The notes under the pieces: model-generated
The model's input: only the letters and a program-made list of their open reading frames with translations
What the model was told of the DNA's origin: nothing
Database searches by the model: none
Assembly: GCA_015657545.1 (NCBI GenBank)
Contig: JADHZC010000011.1
Location: forward strand, 216,571-280,570
Length of the DNA: 64,000 bases
Source of the DNA: Rickettsia sp.
GTDB lineage: Bacteria; Pseudomonadota; Alphaproteobacteria; Rickettsiales; Rickettsiaceae
Direction: 5' to 3'
Part shown: positions 1-9,796 of the stretch, piece after piece
How positions within the stretch are numbered: the first letter of the stretch is position 1
How the letters are laid out: each line of letters starts with the position of its first letter
Position numbers and translations under genes: made by a program

Positions 1-257
1 TTCACAATAAATTATTTACAAGATGTTTATTTACAACTCATTACCATGAATTAATTGATATGCAAAATTCTTTTCCTAAAATAATAAATTACAAAACAGA
101 AATCCATGAAGAAGAAAAAGTAATTACTTTTTTACATAAGATAGTAAAAGGAAGTAGTAATAAATCTTATGGAATACATGTTGCAGAACTAGCAGGTTTA
201 CCTAAAGAAGTAACACAAGGCGCATATAATATTTTAAAAAATTTTTCCTCTAATTGA
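1..257 (+). CDS. mutS: DNA mismatch repair protein MutS, C-terminal end (gene starts upstream of window)
   Basis: Frame 3 is open from base 3. Translation ...TRCLFTTHYHELIDMQ...SYGIHVAELAGLP carries the conserved MutS C-terminal motifs (THYHEL; SYGI.VA.LAG.P). Confidence 0.85.
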   Translation, partial: HNKLFTRCLFTTHYHELIDMQNSFPKIINYKTEIHEEEKVITFLHKIVKGSSNKSYGIHVAELAGLPKEVTQGAYNILKNFSSN

Positions 258-390
258 CAAGATAATGTTGAATCCTATTGTTATAAACAAAATTTTTCTT
301 TTTATTTATTTAATATGGTTCAGTGAAAAAAATTAAGAAGAATTAAAATATGTTATTAAATGTTATAGCATTATAATTTAAGTAAGATAC

Positions 391-416
391 TCGCCCAAAA
401 AGAATTTTTTGGGCGA
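391..416. terminator. Hairpin between convergent mutS and the autotransporter-like gene (possible bidirectional terminator)
   Basis: tcgcccaaaaa-gaat-tttttgggcga forms an 11-bp perfect stem with a 4-nt loop and a GC-rich base. It is the only strong hairpin in this 170-bp convergent gap. No clean U-tail follows. Confidence 0.45.
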
Positions 417-429
417 AAGTAATTTACAT

Positions 430-2922
430 TTAAAGATCAAAATTAATTGCACAATTTACTGAAAGTAGAGTTCCATTATTTTTACAAAATAGATCACTTG
501 CCTCTAAAGAGCCCTTTATTTTTAAATTGTTAAGCAAATATCCTCCTATTTCTAATTTAGCGCCTAGTTGTAAATTTTCAGTCTCTAGATATCTTTTTTC
601 TGTCATTCTTAAATGTTTTAATATTTCATGATTTTCATTATCATTTAAAGACTGAAGCATTTGTTTTATGCATAAATCATTTTTTTGTTTAGAACTCTTA
701 ATTGATTTTTTTAATAAAAATGTTTCTGATACATAAAATGCTTTATGATTCAAAAAGTCTAAATCTTGTTTAAAATTCATTTTTGCTAATAAAGACAATC
801 TATTCATATCTAAACCTTCTTTACAATGTTCATTTTTTTTACAAATTATATCAGATGTAAAATATGGTATTAACAATAGTTCTGCTCCAGCAGTGATGAG
901 AATATTATTTTTCCAAGCAGTGTAATTATTCAATAAATTAAAATTAAAATTATAATTTAATGTAAATTGTTCAAAAAATGAAATTGCTGTGTGTTTACTA
1001 AAGTCTTTATCATCGAATTGAAATATTAATAAATTTGGAATCTTTGGAATTACATAATTTTCTGTTTTTACAAAATTTTGTGTCAAAGACAGATGGTTGC
1101 TGATAGCAAGATTATCGGTTATTTTGTAATTTACATAGTTTGACAAGGATATGCTGTTATTATGAAAGTTTTTAGGATCTATTAATTGTTCTGTTTTGTG
1201 CGTGTTACAATATTGAGTGTGAAAATAAGATATTGTTCCTCCTATTAGTAGATTTTTCATAAAAGAAGGTAAAAACTCTACTCCTAATGTTATAATAGGT
1301 GCAGAGAAATTTTCAATCCAATCTTGAGAATTAAAACAATTTTTTTGTTTTAAATATGATAAATTTCCCCAAATAGAAAAATTTTCTTTATCCGTTGAAT
1401 AATGAGAGAAATTTTCATTAAATAGTTGCTCCACTCTGCTATTTGTAATAAATGCAATTTTAGGCAGTATTTGTCCTAAAGATGTAAATAAATCCAATTT
1501 TGCTTTCGTTAATTTCAAATTTAAATAAATATTTTTTTTAAATCTTTCTCTTTCTAATCTTTCTTTTTCTAATCTTTCTTTTTCTAATCTTTCTTTTTCT
1601 AATCTTTCTTTTTCTAATCTTTCTTTTTCTAATCTTTCTTTTTCTAATCTTTCTTTTTCTAATCTTTCTTTTTCTAATCTTTCTTTTTCTAATCTTTCTT
1701 TTTCTAATCTTTCTTTTTCTAATCTTTCTCTTTCTAATCTTTCTCTTTCTAATATTCCTACTCCTGCTAGTCCCGCTGTTTTTACTGTTTTTGGTCTTTC
1801 TGTTTCTAGTATTTCTGCTGTTTTTACTGTTTCTGTTCTTTCTGCTGCTCTTTTTATTTCTGCTGTTTTTGCTGTTTCTGTTCTTTCTGCTGCTCTTTTT
1901 ATTTCTGCTGTTTTTGCTGTTTCTGTTCTTTCTGCTGCTCTTTTTATTTCTGCTGTTTTTACTGCTTCTATTCTTTCTGCTGCTGTTTTTACTGCTTCTG
2001 TTCTTTCTGCTGCTCTTTTTATTTTTGCTGTTTTATTTCTCATATTTTTGAAAATTTCGTAAAATTTGTCATGAGTTTCTTGGACTTTATTACCAATATT
2101 GGGATATCGAGCATTGATTTTATGTTCTTGTGAAGGATGAATGCTCTTAATTGAACTTTTTAAAGTCTGTATCATCTCCCTTTGTATTTCAACATCTGAG
2201 TGTGCTGACATATTACAAGCACGGAGCATTGTACAATCTTGTACTAAGTATTCATTATTTAATAAATTAAACAAGTGTTCTGCCTCCTCTAAGTTTATAT
2301 CTAAAATTGCTAAACTTATAACATAAGGAAATTCATCAAATAATGTTTGACTTTCTTTGTCAATTATTCTTTCCCAAAGCATACATTTTGCGTATTCTTC
2401 TATTTCATCTTTTTTTAATTTTTCAATGTTGAGTGACGGGTTATGCGCTATAGCGTATTCTGCTATATTTGAGCTAATAAAATATCTTAAATTGTCTAAT
2501 GTTTTTTTTGACTTAATATCATTATCACTTTTTTTATATAAATCAAGCAAATATTGCATTTCTTCTATATTAGGTTTTAATGACATTTTGTTGTTGGGTT
2601 CCATTTCTATGATATTTTCTTTTTTAAAATATAAATCTTTTATTAGATCGGTGTTTTGAAATTTGTCCCTCAATGTTTTAAAATCATTTCCTCTTATTTT
2701 TTTATCAAAAGCTTTAATTTTTGCATTTGATTTCTCATCAAGAGCTTCAAATTCTAAATTTGAGTTGGTGTTAAATAGGAAAGTGTTTTTCCAATTTTGG
2801 CAACAAAAATCTTCAAGATCTAGATTTTCGTTAAGGTCTGTAGCTGACCAAACAGTATTTATTGTGAATTGTACAATTATGAAAATAATTAATATTATTG
2901 TTTTGAAAATGAAAGTAAACAT
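430..2922 (-). CDS. Repeat-rich secreted/outer-membrane protein, autotransporter-like (signal peptide, orphan passenger, tandem repeats, C-terminal beta-rich ~330 aa)
   Basis: 830-aa ORF. The N-terminus [27 protein letters not shown] looks like a signal peptide. The centre holds AERTE[AT][AV]KTAEIKRA and (ERLEK)n repeats. The C-terminal third has alternating-hydrophobic, Asn/Ser/Gly-rich strands ending ...[10 protein letters not shown], which fits a beta-barrel translocator but ends in L, not the usual terminal F/W. Confidence 0.5.
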   Translation of the reverse strand: MFTFIFKTIILIIFIIVQFTINTVWSATDLNENLDLEDFCCQNWKNTFLFNTNSNLEFEALDEKSNAKIKAFDKKIRGNDFKTLRDKFQNTDLIKDLYFKKENIIEMEPNNKMSLKPNIEEMQYLLDLYKKSDNDIKSKKTLDNLRYFISSNIAEYAIAHNPSLNIEKLKKDEIEEYAKCMLWERIIDKESQTLFDEFPYVISLAILDINLEEAEHLFNLLNNEYLVQDCTMLRACNMSAHSDVEIQREMIQTLKSSIKSIHPSQEHKINARYPNIGNKVQETHDKFYEIFKNMRNKTAKIKRAAERTEAVKTAAERIEAVKTAEIKRAAERTETAKTAEIKRAAERTETAKTAEIKRAAERTETVKTAEILETERPKTVKTAGLAGVGILERERLERERLEKERLEKERLEKERLEKERLEKERLEKERLEKERLEKERLEKERLEKERLEKERLERERFKKNIYLNLKLTKAKLDLFTSLGQILPKIAFITNSRVEQLFNENFSHYSTDKENFSIWGNLSYLKQKNCFNSQDWIENFSAPIITLGVEFLPSFMKNLLIGGTISYFHTQYCNTHKTEQLIDPKNFHNNSISLSNYVNYKITDNLAISNHLSLTQNFVKTENYVIPKIPNLLIFQFDDKDFSKHTAISFFEQFTLNYNFNFNLLNNYTAWKNNILITAGAELLLIPYFTSDIICKKNEHCKEGLDMNRLSLLAKMNFKQDLDFLNHKAFYVSETFLLKKSIKSSKQKNDLCIKQMLQSLNDNENHEILKHLRMTEKRYLETENLQLGAKLEIGGYLLNNLKIKGSLEASDLFCKNNGTLLSVNCAINFDL
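1541..1750. repeat. 15-bp tandem repeat x14 (aatctttct[t/c]tttct), in frame, encoding ([10 protein letters not shown])n
   Basis: Counted directly: units start every 15 bp from 1541 to 1736. The 11 central units are identical. The first and the last two differ by one base. Confidence 0.95.
1811..2020. repeat. 45-bp tandem repeat (about 4.5 units) encoding [15 protein letters not shown]-type 15-aa repeats
   Basis: Units 1856-1900 and 1901-1945 are identical. Unit 1811-1855 differs by 1 nt. 1946-2020 is a variant carrying an extra 30-bp sub-repeat. Degenerate copies flank the array (about 1772-2040). Confidence 0.9.
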
Positions 2923-3156
2923 GTTTTATTATCCTTTTTTAATAAACAACCATATTAAAGTATGAATGAATATTAATAAATTTACAAGCAAAAGAATAAA
3001 AGAATTTAAAATAAATTAGTATTTTTTTATAAAAAATTAAAAATTTATCAAACAAAAAATGATTAAGAACTAATTAAGCAATAAAAATATTATTAATTTT
3101 TATGTGTTTTTGTTATACTAAAAGTATAAAACATTATGTAAAAATGATACAAATTA

Positions 3157-3875
3157 ATGAAAATAGTAAGATTTATAGCAAGACTAATTTATATATCAGA
3201 CATTCTGAATCAATGGGTGGGTTGTACTAAATTTATTTGGAATGCATAATGCTATAAAGGAAAATATTATAGGGCTTTTGCTAATAAATACTACTCCATG
3301 AACATATGTTCCTATGGATGTCAGTAATTCTCAATTTGAATTTAGCGATTTTTAAATTTATTTTTGTTCGATTTGTCCTCAATTATACAAAGAAATTTAG
3401 CAAGTAATTGGTATTTTACTTATAAGGACTTTATAGAAAGATAAATGGGATAGACCTAGATTCAAAAAAGATCTAATATTGGAAATGTATATTTAACAAA
3501 AGAAATTTTTAGTTTTTGTAAGAATAAAAATTGCAACGCAGAATTATTTATAGAATTTTCAAAAGACAATATAAGATATTTATCCTTTACAGCACATGGA
3601 AAATTAGAAATTTCAAACTCTATATACGATCAAGAGAGAATATGGCTATTATTACGTGAATTTTTGATATAAGAAAAAGGGAAATGAGAAGTTAAATAAT
3701 ATCTTCAGAGAGTAGACTAAGTGATTTTAGAAGTAAATCTGTATTTTATTTAAATAGATATGTTGTTGGTATAGATATAGGTATTAGAATATCAGGCCAA
3801 ACAGAAGATGTAAGTTTATAACATGAAATGAGTATCTGTTATGCAATTAAAAAAGAAAAATAACAAACTCAAGTT
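3157..3875 (+). pseudogene. tnpB: Solo IS605-family tnpB (OrfB) remnant, N-terminal half only, many stops
   Basis: Aligns by eye at roughly three-quarters identity over about 720 bp with 13434-14143. It still reads ...VVGIDIGI... (RuvC-I motif) near its end, then stops. Multiple in-frame stops. No tnpA is adjacent. Confidence 0.7.
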
Positions 3876-3946
3876 TTTACAAAAAAAATTAGCAAAATTT
3901 TGAAAATTGTTATCGGATTTTTTATTTTTACCAGTCAAAAGAAGAA

Positions 3947-4543
3947 TCAAAGATTTTTAAAAAAAATTCTAGATATTAAATTGTTTAAATGGTAGATAAT
4001 AAGTGTAATAGGTAAGCTAGATATTAAATCTAAAGGAAAATGTAAAGCTAAACTTATTCTGGATAAAGATGCTAAAAATATTGTAATAATAATGATAAAT
4101 TTTTGCCATATCTGAGCATATTTCCAGCATTGTATTCCTAGCAAAAATGCAAGTCCAGTATGTGCGCTTGGAAAGGATTGATAACAAATTGAATGGTCTA
4201 AATTATGCAAAATTGTTTGAACATTATTTAAAATACAAAAAGGCCTAGGAACTTTTGATAATTTCTTAATGATGTAAAAAATTATTACAAATAAGAAATA
4301 ACATTGAGTGGATTTAATAAAATAAAAAAAAGTTTTTTTATTAATTTTTGATTTTAGTTGTGATTTTTTATGAAAATAAAATATATAACTTACATAAAAT
4401 ATCAGAAAAATCTTTATTTCAAAAAAGATAGAAAATATAGATAAAAAATAGGGTATTATGCTATAATTTAGAGCTTTGTTTAATATTATAAAATATTGAA
4501 TATTAATTTGACTGATTTTATTGAAAAAATTTTCTAAATCCAT
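3947..4543 (-). CDS. PAP2-family membrane phosphatase (PgpB/BcrC/LpxE-like)
   Basis: Polytopic membrane ORF with the three PAP2 motifs: KKLSKVPRP (Kx6RP), SFPSAH (PSGH) and SRISLALHFPLD (SRx5Hx3D). Confidence 0.75.
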   Translation of the reverse strand: MDLENFFNKISQINIQYFIILNKALNYSIIPYFLSIFSIFFEIKIFLIFYVSYIFYFHKKSQLKSKINKKTFFYFIKSTQCYFLFVIIFYIIKKLSKVPRPFCILNNVQTILHNLDHSICYQSFPSAHTGLAFLLGIQCWKYAQIWQKFIIIITIFLASLSRISLALHFPLDLISSLPITLIIYHLNNLISRIFFKNL

Positions 4544-4554
4544 AAAGAAATTCT

Positions 4555-5301
4555 ATGCTAAAAATTGTAATAATGGGATGCGGTTCATCTTTAGGTACTC
4601 CCGTAATAGGTTGTGATTGTAATGTTTGTATGTCTAATAATATATTTAATAAAAGAAGCAGAACATCAATTTTAGTTCAGACAGATACATTTAATTTACT
4701 AATAGATTCTGGATATGATATCAGAAACCAAATATTAAGGGAAGATATATCTAAATTAGATGCTGTAATATTGACTCATCCTCATTCAGATCATATAGGA
4801 GGTTTAGATGATTTAAGAAGTTTTTACTATATAAATCAGGTTGCTTTACCAATATTTGCAAATAAAGCAACTGCTGATATTGTTTTTCAAAATTTTCATT
4901 ATCTTTTTGAATCTAAAAAAATGCAGCTTCAAATAATAGAGGATAATTGTCAATTCAGAATATTTGATTTGGATTTTACAATTTTCAAACATTTACATGG
5001 CAAGATTGGTAATATTAGTATCAAAATTAAAGATTTTGTTTATTCTTGTGATGTAAGTGCATTTTTGCCTGAAAATGAAGAAAATTTAAAAAATTTAGAT
5101 CATTGGATTCTTGATTGTATAAATTATGAGGGTACTTCTTCTCATATAGGTTTTAAGCATATATTGGAGCTGAACAAAAAATTCCAACCCAAAAAAATTT
5201 ATTTAACAGGTTTATCTCATATTATAGAATATTCAGAACTTTCTAGCAAAATTCCTAAAAATTGTACAGTTCTACATGATGGCTATCAAATTTATATTTA
5301 A
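4555..5301 (+). CDS. MBL-fold metallo-hydrolase (PhnP/GPP-like)
   Basis: LTHPHSDHIGGLDDL matches the HxHxDH metallo-beta-lactamase motif. N-terminal GCGSSLGTP. About 250 aa. Confidence 0.75.
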   Translation: MLKIVIMGCGSSLGTPVIGCDCNVCMSNNIFNKRSRTSILVQTDTFNLLIDSGYDIRNQILREDISKLDAVILTHPHSDHIGGLDDLRSFYYINQVALPIFANKATADIVFQNFHYLFESKKMQLQIIEDNCQFRIFDLDFTIFKHLHGKIGNISIKIKDFVYSCDVSAFLPENEENLKNLDHWILDCINYEGTSSHIGFKHILELNKKFQPKKIYLTGLSHIIEYSELSSKIPKNCTVLHDGYQIYI

Positions 5302-5410
5302 TTTTTAAAGATAATTTGCACTTATTGCAAAACACTAATCACCGTGATATTGTTTTTGTAATGAAAGAAAGTTTTTGACTTTTGGTACTGAAAATTTTAG
5401 AAAATTTTTT

Positions 5411-7051
5411 ATGTCACAAGAAGCTATCAGTGAATTAGATATACAAATACCAGAAAGCAAGCTTCTTAAGCCTAATATTGTGATATTAGGTATTGGAGGT
5501 GCTGGATGTAATGCTGTTAACAATATGATAGACAGTAAACTTTCAGGAGTGCATTTTGTAGTCACTAACACAGATTCTCAATCTTTGAATTTTGCTCAAT
5601 GTCCTAACAAAATACAGTTAGGAGCTAATGCTACTAAAGGACTTGGTGCTGGATCTTCTCCAGAATTAGGAAAAATTTCTGCAGAAGAATCTATCGATGA
5701 GATTAAAAAAATTCTTGAAGGAAGCAATATGCTTTTCATAACAGCAGGTATGGGAGGAGGTACTGGTACTGGAGCCTCTCCAGTTGTGGCTAAAGTAGCA
5801 AAAGAATTAAATATCCTGACTATAGCAGTTATAACCAAACCATTTGATTTTGAAGGGAAAAAACGTATGCACACTGCTGAAGAAGGAATCAAAGAATTAC
5901 AAAAACATGTAGATACATTAGTTGTTATACCAAATCAAAATTTATTTAGAATTGTAGACGAAAAAACTAGTTTGCAAAATGCATTCAAAATTGCAGATGA
6001 TATCTTATATTCAGGTGTAAGAAGTATTACAGATCTTATAACAATGCCAGGTTTGATTAATTTAGATTTTGCAGATATTAAAACTATTATGCAGGAGAGT
6101 GGAAGTGCAATGATGGGGACAGGAGAAGCAAGCGGAGAAAATAGAGCTATACAAGCAGCTGAAGCAGCTATTACAAATCCTCTTCTAGATAATAGTTTTA
6201 TGACAGGTGCTAAAGGAGTATTGATCAATATTACTGGAGGGGCTGATATGACTCTTTATGAAGTTGATACTTCTGCTAATAGAGTAGTTTCTGAAATTAA
6301 CAATGAATCAGTACATATTATTTTTGGATCTACTTTTGATGCTGAATTAGAAGGTAAATTAAGAGTTTCTGTTGTAGCTACTGGAATGAAGAAATTTTTA
6401 GATGCAAAAGAAGAATTTTCAAAGTCTTCTTTGAGCACTAAAGCTACATTTAGAGATGAACAAGAAATAGGATTAAAATTAAATAATTTTCATGATCAAA
6501 ACTTTAAGACTCCTGGTAATATAAATCAGAAATTTACTTATGATCAAGAAAAATCTTTTCCATATACAGAAAATAAAGAGAATTCTTCAGCTCAAGTGGA
6601 AAATTATGCAAATTCTAAAAATATAGAAATTGATAAGGGTAATGTTATATTTGAAAATCTAGAACAGCAGAACCCTCCTAGTTCTTTTGATACAGATTCA
6701 GATGGTAATAATCAGTCATCAAATTATGACAATATAAAAGATAATTTTGATAAAATAAAGTTGGGTTATCAATATAATAGTAGTCACAATCAGCTTTTAT
6801 ATGATGAAAATGAGAAAATCCATAATATACAATCTGAACAAGCAGGTGTTTTTCAAGATACAAATATAGAAAAACCTTCTTTTTTTAGGAGATTATTTTC
6901 TAAATCTAAAAAACCCCATAAACAGGATTTAAGTTTATCTTCTAATTACAATAAAAGTAAGATACATCACGACGAGGAGCTGAATTCCTATAATAATGAT
7001 AGGAATATTCAAGAATTTCCAGAATTTTTTGATAAAAATGCAAAAAATTGA
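5411..7051 (+). CDS. ftsZ: Cell division GTPase FtsZ with a long N/Q/S/D-rich C-terminal linker
   Basis: Carries [13 protein letters not shown], the tubulin signature [13 protein letters not shown], and NLDFADI. The ORF-track start at 5375 is a TTG, so the ATG at 5411 is preferred. The C-terminal ...[10 protein letters not shown] resembles the conserved FtsZ C-terminal peptide. Confidence 0.95.
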   Translation: MSQEAISELDIQIPESKLLKPNIVILGIGGAGCNAVNNMIDSKLSGVHFVVTNTDSQSLNFAQCPNKIQLGANATKGLGAGSSPELGKISAEESIDEIKKILEGSNMLFITAGMGGGTGTGASPVVAKVAKELNILTIAVITKPFDFEGKKRMHTAEEGIKELQKHVDTLVVIPNQNLFRIVDEKTSLQNAFKIADDILYSGVRSITDLITMPGLINLDFADIKTIMQESGSAMMGTGEASGENRAIQAAEAAITNPLLDNSFMTGAKGVLINITGGADMTLYEVDTSANRVVSEINNESVHIIFGSTFDAELEGKLRVSVVATGMKKFLDAKEEFSKSSLSTKATFRDEQEIGLKLNNFHDQNFKTPGNINQKFTYDQEKSFPYTENKENSSAQVENYANSKNIEIDKGNVIFENLEQQNPPSSFDTDSDGNNQSSNYDNIKDNFDKIKLGYQYNSSHNQLLYDENEKIHNIQSEQAGVFQDTNIEKPSFFRRLFSKSKKPHKQDLSLSSNYNKSKIHHDEELNSYNNDRNIQEFPEFFDKNAKN

Positions 7052-7058
7052 TGCTCAT

Positions 7059-7826
7059 TCAAATAAGATTTTCTTCTTTTAAGATTTTTTGAGCATTCTG
7101 ATACCAAAACCCTCCTGAATATTTGGATTGTAAAATTATAAAATACATTTTTGCTTCTTCCTTTAACCCTAAACACAAAAAGCATTCTATCATACGATAT
7201 ATAGACTCTTCATGTCTGGAAGTATGAGTAAATTTTTCATAAGCATTTTTAAATCTTTTAAGAGCAGCAATAGGATTTAAATGTTTTAGATAATATATTC
7301 CTATTAAAATTTCTTTTTCTGCTAGTAGCTCTTCTATTAATTTTATTCTGAGTTTGCTGGATTCTTTATATATGCTATTAGGAAAATCTGTGATTATTTT
7401 TATAAATTTGATTTTAGCCTTTGAAGCATAAGAGAGGTCAAATAAAGTTCCAGTTACTAGAGACTGAAGACATATTCCCTGTAAATAATATATATAGTCT
7501 AAATATTGTGACTTTGGATCTATTAAAATGCAATTATCAAGCACATCTTCTGCTTCTTCAAATTTTTTATCTAAAAACAAGCTATATGCTTGCATTATTT
7601 GAGCATTAGAAGACAATGTACTATTTTTTCCATATAAAAAAACTTCTTCAAAAATTTCTGAAGCTTCAAAATAATTTTGTTGGTACAGTTTTGTAACAGC
7701 AAGATTATATTCCTTTTCTTGCTGAAAATTATCTAACTTTTTTTCTAGATCTAAAGAATTTTTATTTGTACATGAAATCAACATTCCTAAAATGAAGATA
7801 GAAAAAAAATTCCTATAAAAAATCAT
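7059..7826 (-). CDS. bamD: Outer membrane protein assembly factor BamD-like TPR lipoprotein
   Basis: Lipobox ILGMLISC after an N-terminal hydrophobic segment. About 250 aa with TPR-like helical repeats, typical of YfiO/BamD. Confidence 0.6.
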   Translation of the reverse strand: MIFYRNFFSIFILGMLISCTNKNSLDLEKKLDNFQQEKEYNLAVTKLYQQNYFEASEIFEEVFLYGKNSTLSSNAQIMQAYSLFLDKKFEEAEDVLDNCILIDPKSQYLDYIYYLQGICLQSLVTGTLFDLSYASKAKIKFIKIITDFPNSIYKESSKLRIKLIEELLAEKEILIGIYYLKHLNPIAALKRFKNAYEKFTHTSRHEESIYRMIECFLCLGLKEEAKMYFIILQSKYSGGFWYQNAQKILKEENLI

Positions 7827-7845
7827 GAAAAATAAAGTGATTGAA

Positions 7846-8019
7846 TTAGAGATTCTTATTTTTTTTATAAAAATTTTTCTTATTTTTTTTAGACATTTCT
7901 GATCTGAAAAGTTTTATGCCTTTACTTAAGTCTGCTATTACTTGAGGTAATCTACCAGCACCAAATAAAACTAATATGATTAGCAAAATAATTAATAATT
8001 GTCCTAAACTAACTCCCAT
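7846..8019 (-). CDS. tatA: Sec-independent translocase subunit TatA/E
   Basis: [27 protein letters not shown]...LSKGIKLFR is the canonical TatA TM-hinge-amphipathic helix. The longer ORF-track start (8115) runs into the tRNA-Glu gene. Confidence 0.8.
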   Translation of the reverse strand: MGVSLGQLLIILLIILVLFGAGRLPQVIADLSKGIKLFRSEMSKKNKKNFYKKNKNL

Positions 8020-8057
8020 AAATAAAACCTCATTCATTGCTATTTTAATATAATATG

Positions 8058-8130
8058 TGACCCCTACGGGGATCAAACCCGTGTTTCCACCGTGAAAGGG
8101 TGATGTCCTGATCATCTAGACGAAGGGGCC
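8058..8130 (-). tRNA. tRNA-Glu (UUC)
   Basis: The minus strand ggccccttcgtctagatgatcaggacatcaccctttcacggtgg...gggtttgatccccgtaggggtca folds as a cloverleaf. Anticodon loop is CUUUCAC. Confidence 0.9.
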
Positions 8131-8213
8131 TAAAATATCTATAATCAATCAGAAAATGAGAATTTTATCACGAATTAATTTTAGTTTCAAGGGACTCAAT
8201 GTTACAGAGATTT

Positions 8214-8717
8214 TTATATATTATTTTTTGATAAATAAAAGTCTTTTAACATATCTTGTTCTAAATATTCCATTAAATCCGCTTCTTCTTCCTGTAAATG
8301 ATTGTAACCGATAAGATGTAATACACTATGGACAAATAAATGTTTAAAATGTTCAAAAAATTCTTTCTTTAACAATATGGATTCCTGCAAAATATACTCA
8401 TATGCAAATGCTATGTCACCTAGATATAAATAACCGTTATTTGTTTTTAATGCATTAATGTTTTTCCAAGATATATGATTGTCTGGAAAAGATAGTACGT
8501 TGGTAGTTTTATTAATATTTCTGAATTGGAAATTCAATTTTTTTATCTCAGCATTATCAGTCAATAATAGAGATAATTCTATCTGTTGAGAATTACGGAA
8601 AATATTATATCTATTTAAAATAATTTTTAAATAGATAGCTATCTTCCTTGAATTTATTTGTTCTTCACAAGTTTTCCATGAAGGATTAGGGGTAGATATC
8701 TCTATTTTACAATTCAT
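8214..8717 (-). CDS. ybeY: rRNA maturation endoribonuclease YbeY
   Basis: HSVLHLIGYNH matches the HxxxHxxGxxH metal site. About 165 aa. Confidence 0.9.
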   Translation of the reverse strand: MNCKIEISTPNPSWKTCEEQINSRKIAIYLKIILNRYNIFRNSQQIELSLLLTDNAEIKKLNFQFRNINKTTNVLSFPDNHISWKNINALKTNNGYLYLGDIAFAYEYILQESILLKKEFFEHFKHLFVHSVLHLIGYNHLQEEEADLMEYLEQDMLKDFYLSKNNI

Positions 8718-9723
8718 ATTGCATGTTTTTTTTAATAGGGTGGATAGTCAAATTATTGATTGGTAAAAATAAGTCCATAAATAAATTTACATGAATTTTA
8801 TTTTTTTTTATTTTTATTTCTATTTCATTCAGTAAGGATAATATTTTACTCACAATAGAAACTGTATAATATTTAGAAATATCTAATAATTGGTCGAAAT
8901 GAAGAGAAAATATAGTAATATTAAAATTTTTCGTAAAATTTTTAAAAGAGCAGTTTTTATAAGAAGATTTATATAATAGCATTAAATATAAAATGTAATA
9001 ATTTCTTATTAAGAATCTTATAAGTATAATACTATCTTCAGATTTCAAATTTTTAGTTTCTTTTGATAAAAGATTTAAATCTTGTAAAGAAAAAAAAATT
9101 TTATTCATATTAAGTTTTGGTTTATCAGTCAAAACTATTTGTAACTGAGTTAATGTAATGGAGGATGAAGGGGGAAAAAAATTTAACAACTTTTCAAAAT
9201 AACTTTCTACAGAAAACAAATCTTTTTTGTAAAAAAAATTCATCATAAAGTCCAAAGATATCTTATCATATAAGAGATTATTAGATTTGAAAAAATTCTC
9301 TAACTTGTTTCTTAATTGTGTTTTACCTAAATAATTGCATTCTACAGCAAGTAAAGTCTCTTTTTGGGAGAAAAATTCTATATCTTTTAATAAAGGCTTA
9401 GAATATTGTATGAAACAAAGTGAATTACTATTTTTGTTTAATTTAGTAATTAATTGTTTCATTTCTTCAGAAATGGTAGAAGAAATTATTATTTTTATAA
9501 AAATTCTATTATTAAAGAAATTACTATTTTTAGCTAAAACATAGAGATGTTGTGGGTCTAGATCTTCAGTGATTGTTTTGACTTCGAAATCGTGAAATTT
9601 TACAAAATCGCTTAATAAATTCTTGGAATATCCAAAATCTGTGCCATACCATAAAAAAGATACAAAATCACTTCTTTTATAAAGATTTAGAAGCTCAGAC
9701 AAAGTAGGGTTGATTAGTTTCAA
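8707..9723 (-). CDS. holA: DNA polymerase III delta subunit-like protein
   Basis: 338 aa with no P-loop. The N-terminus FLWYGTDFGYSKNL and later FFNNRIFIKII and ...YFEKLLNFFPPSSSITLTQLQIVL fit the HolA pattern. Family assignment is by motif resemblance only. Confidence 0.5.
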   Translation of the reverse strand: MKLINPTLSELLNLYKRSDFVSFLWYGTDFGYSKNLLSDFVKFHDFEVKTITEDLDPQHLYVLAKNSNFFNNRIFIKIIISSTISEEMKQLITKLNKNSNSLCFIQYSKPLLKDIEFFSQKETLLAVECNYLGKTQLRNKLENFFKSNNLLYDKISLDFMMNFFYKKDLFSVESYFEKLLNFFPPSSSITLTQLQIVLTDKPKLNMNKIFFSLQDLNLLSKETKNLKSEDSIILIRFLIRNYYILYLMLLYKSSYKNCSFKNFTKNFNITIFSLHFDQLLDISKYYTVSIVSKILSLLNEIEIKIKKNKIHVNLFMDLFLPINNLTIHPIKKNMQYEL

Positions 9724-9796
9724 ATATCAATTTTCAATAAAAAACAAAAACACAGATTAATTTTATAAAATTTTTTTGCTAAAAACAATAAAAATT

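Noticed and set aside
1541-1750. Regularly spaced short repeats that could suggest a CRISPR array
   Set aside because: The units are 15 bp and contiguous with no spacers. They are in frame within a long ORF, so this is a coding minisatellite, not CRISPR.
1791-2051. 86-aa ORF of almost pure Leu/Phe on the + strand
   Set aside because: It is the antisense reading of the 45-bp repeat array inside the 830-aa minus-strand gene, so it is a low-complexity shadow ORF.
5335-6438. Several 60-98-aa minus-strand ORFs overlapping ftsZ, and similar antisense ORFs inside secA, dnaG, fumC, pdhB, the RNase E/G gene, serS and others
   Set aside because: They lie antisense to strongly supported genes and have no motifs. 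Their composition is typical of shadow frames.
5411-7051. Unusually long (~220 aa) N/Q/S/D-rich FtsZ C-terminal linker
   Set aside because: Long disordered FtsZ linkers are already well known in alphaproteobacteria, and AT bias inflates Asn/Lys content. It is not a novel feature.
8020-8115. N-terminal extension of the tatA ORF (ORF-track start 8115)
   Set aside because: The extension overlaps the tRNA-Glu gene on the same strand. The canonical TatA N-terminus MGVSLGQLL starts at 8019.
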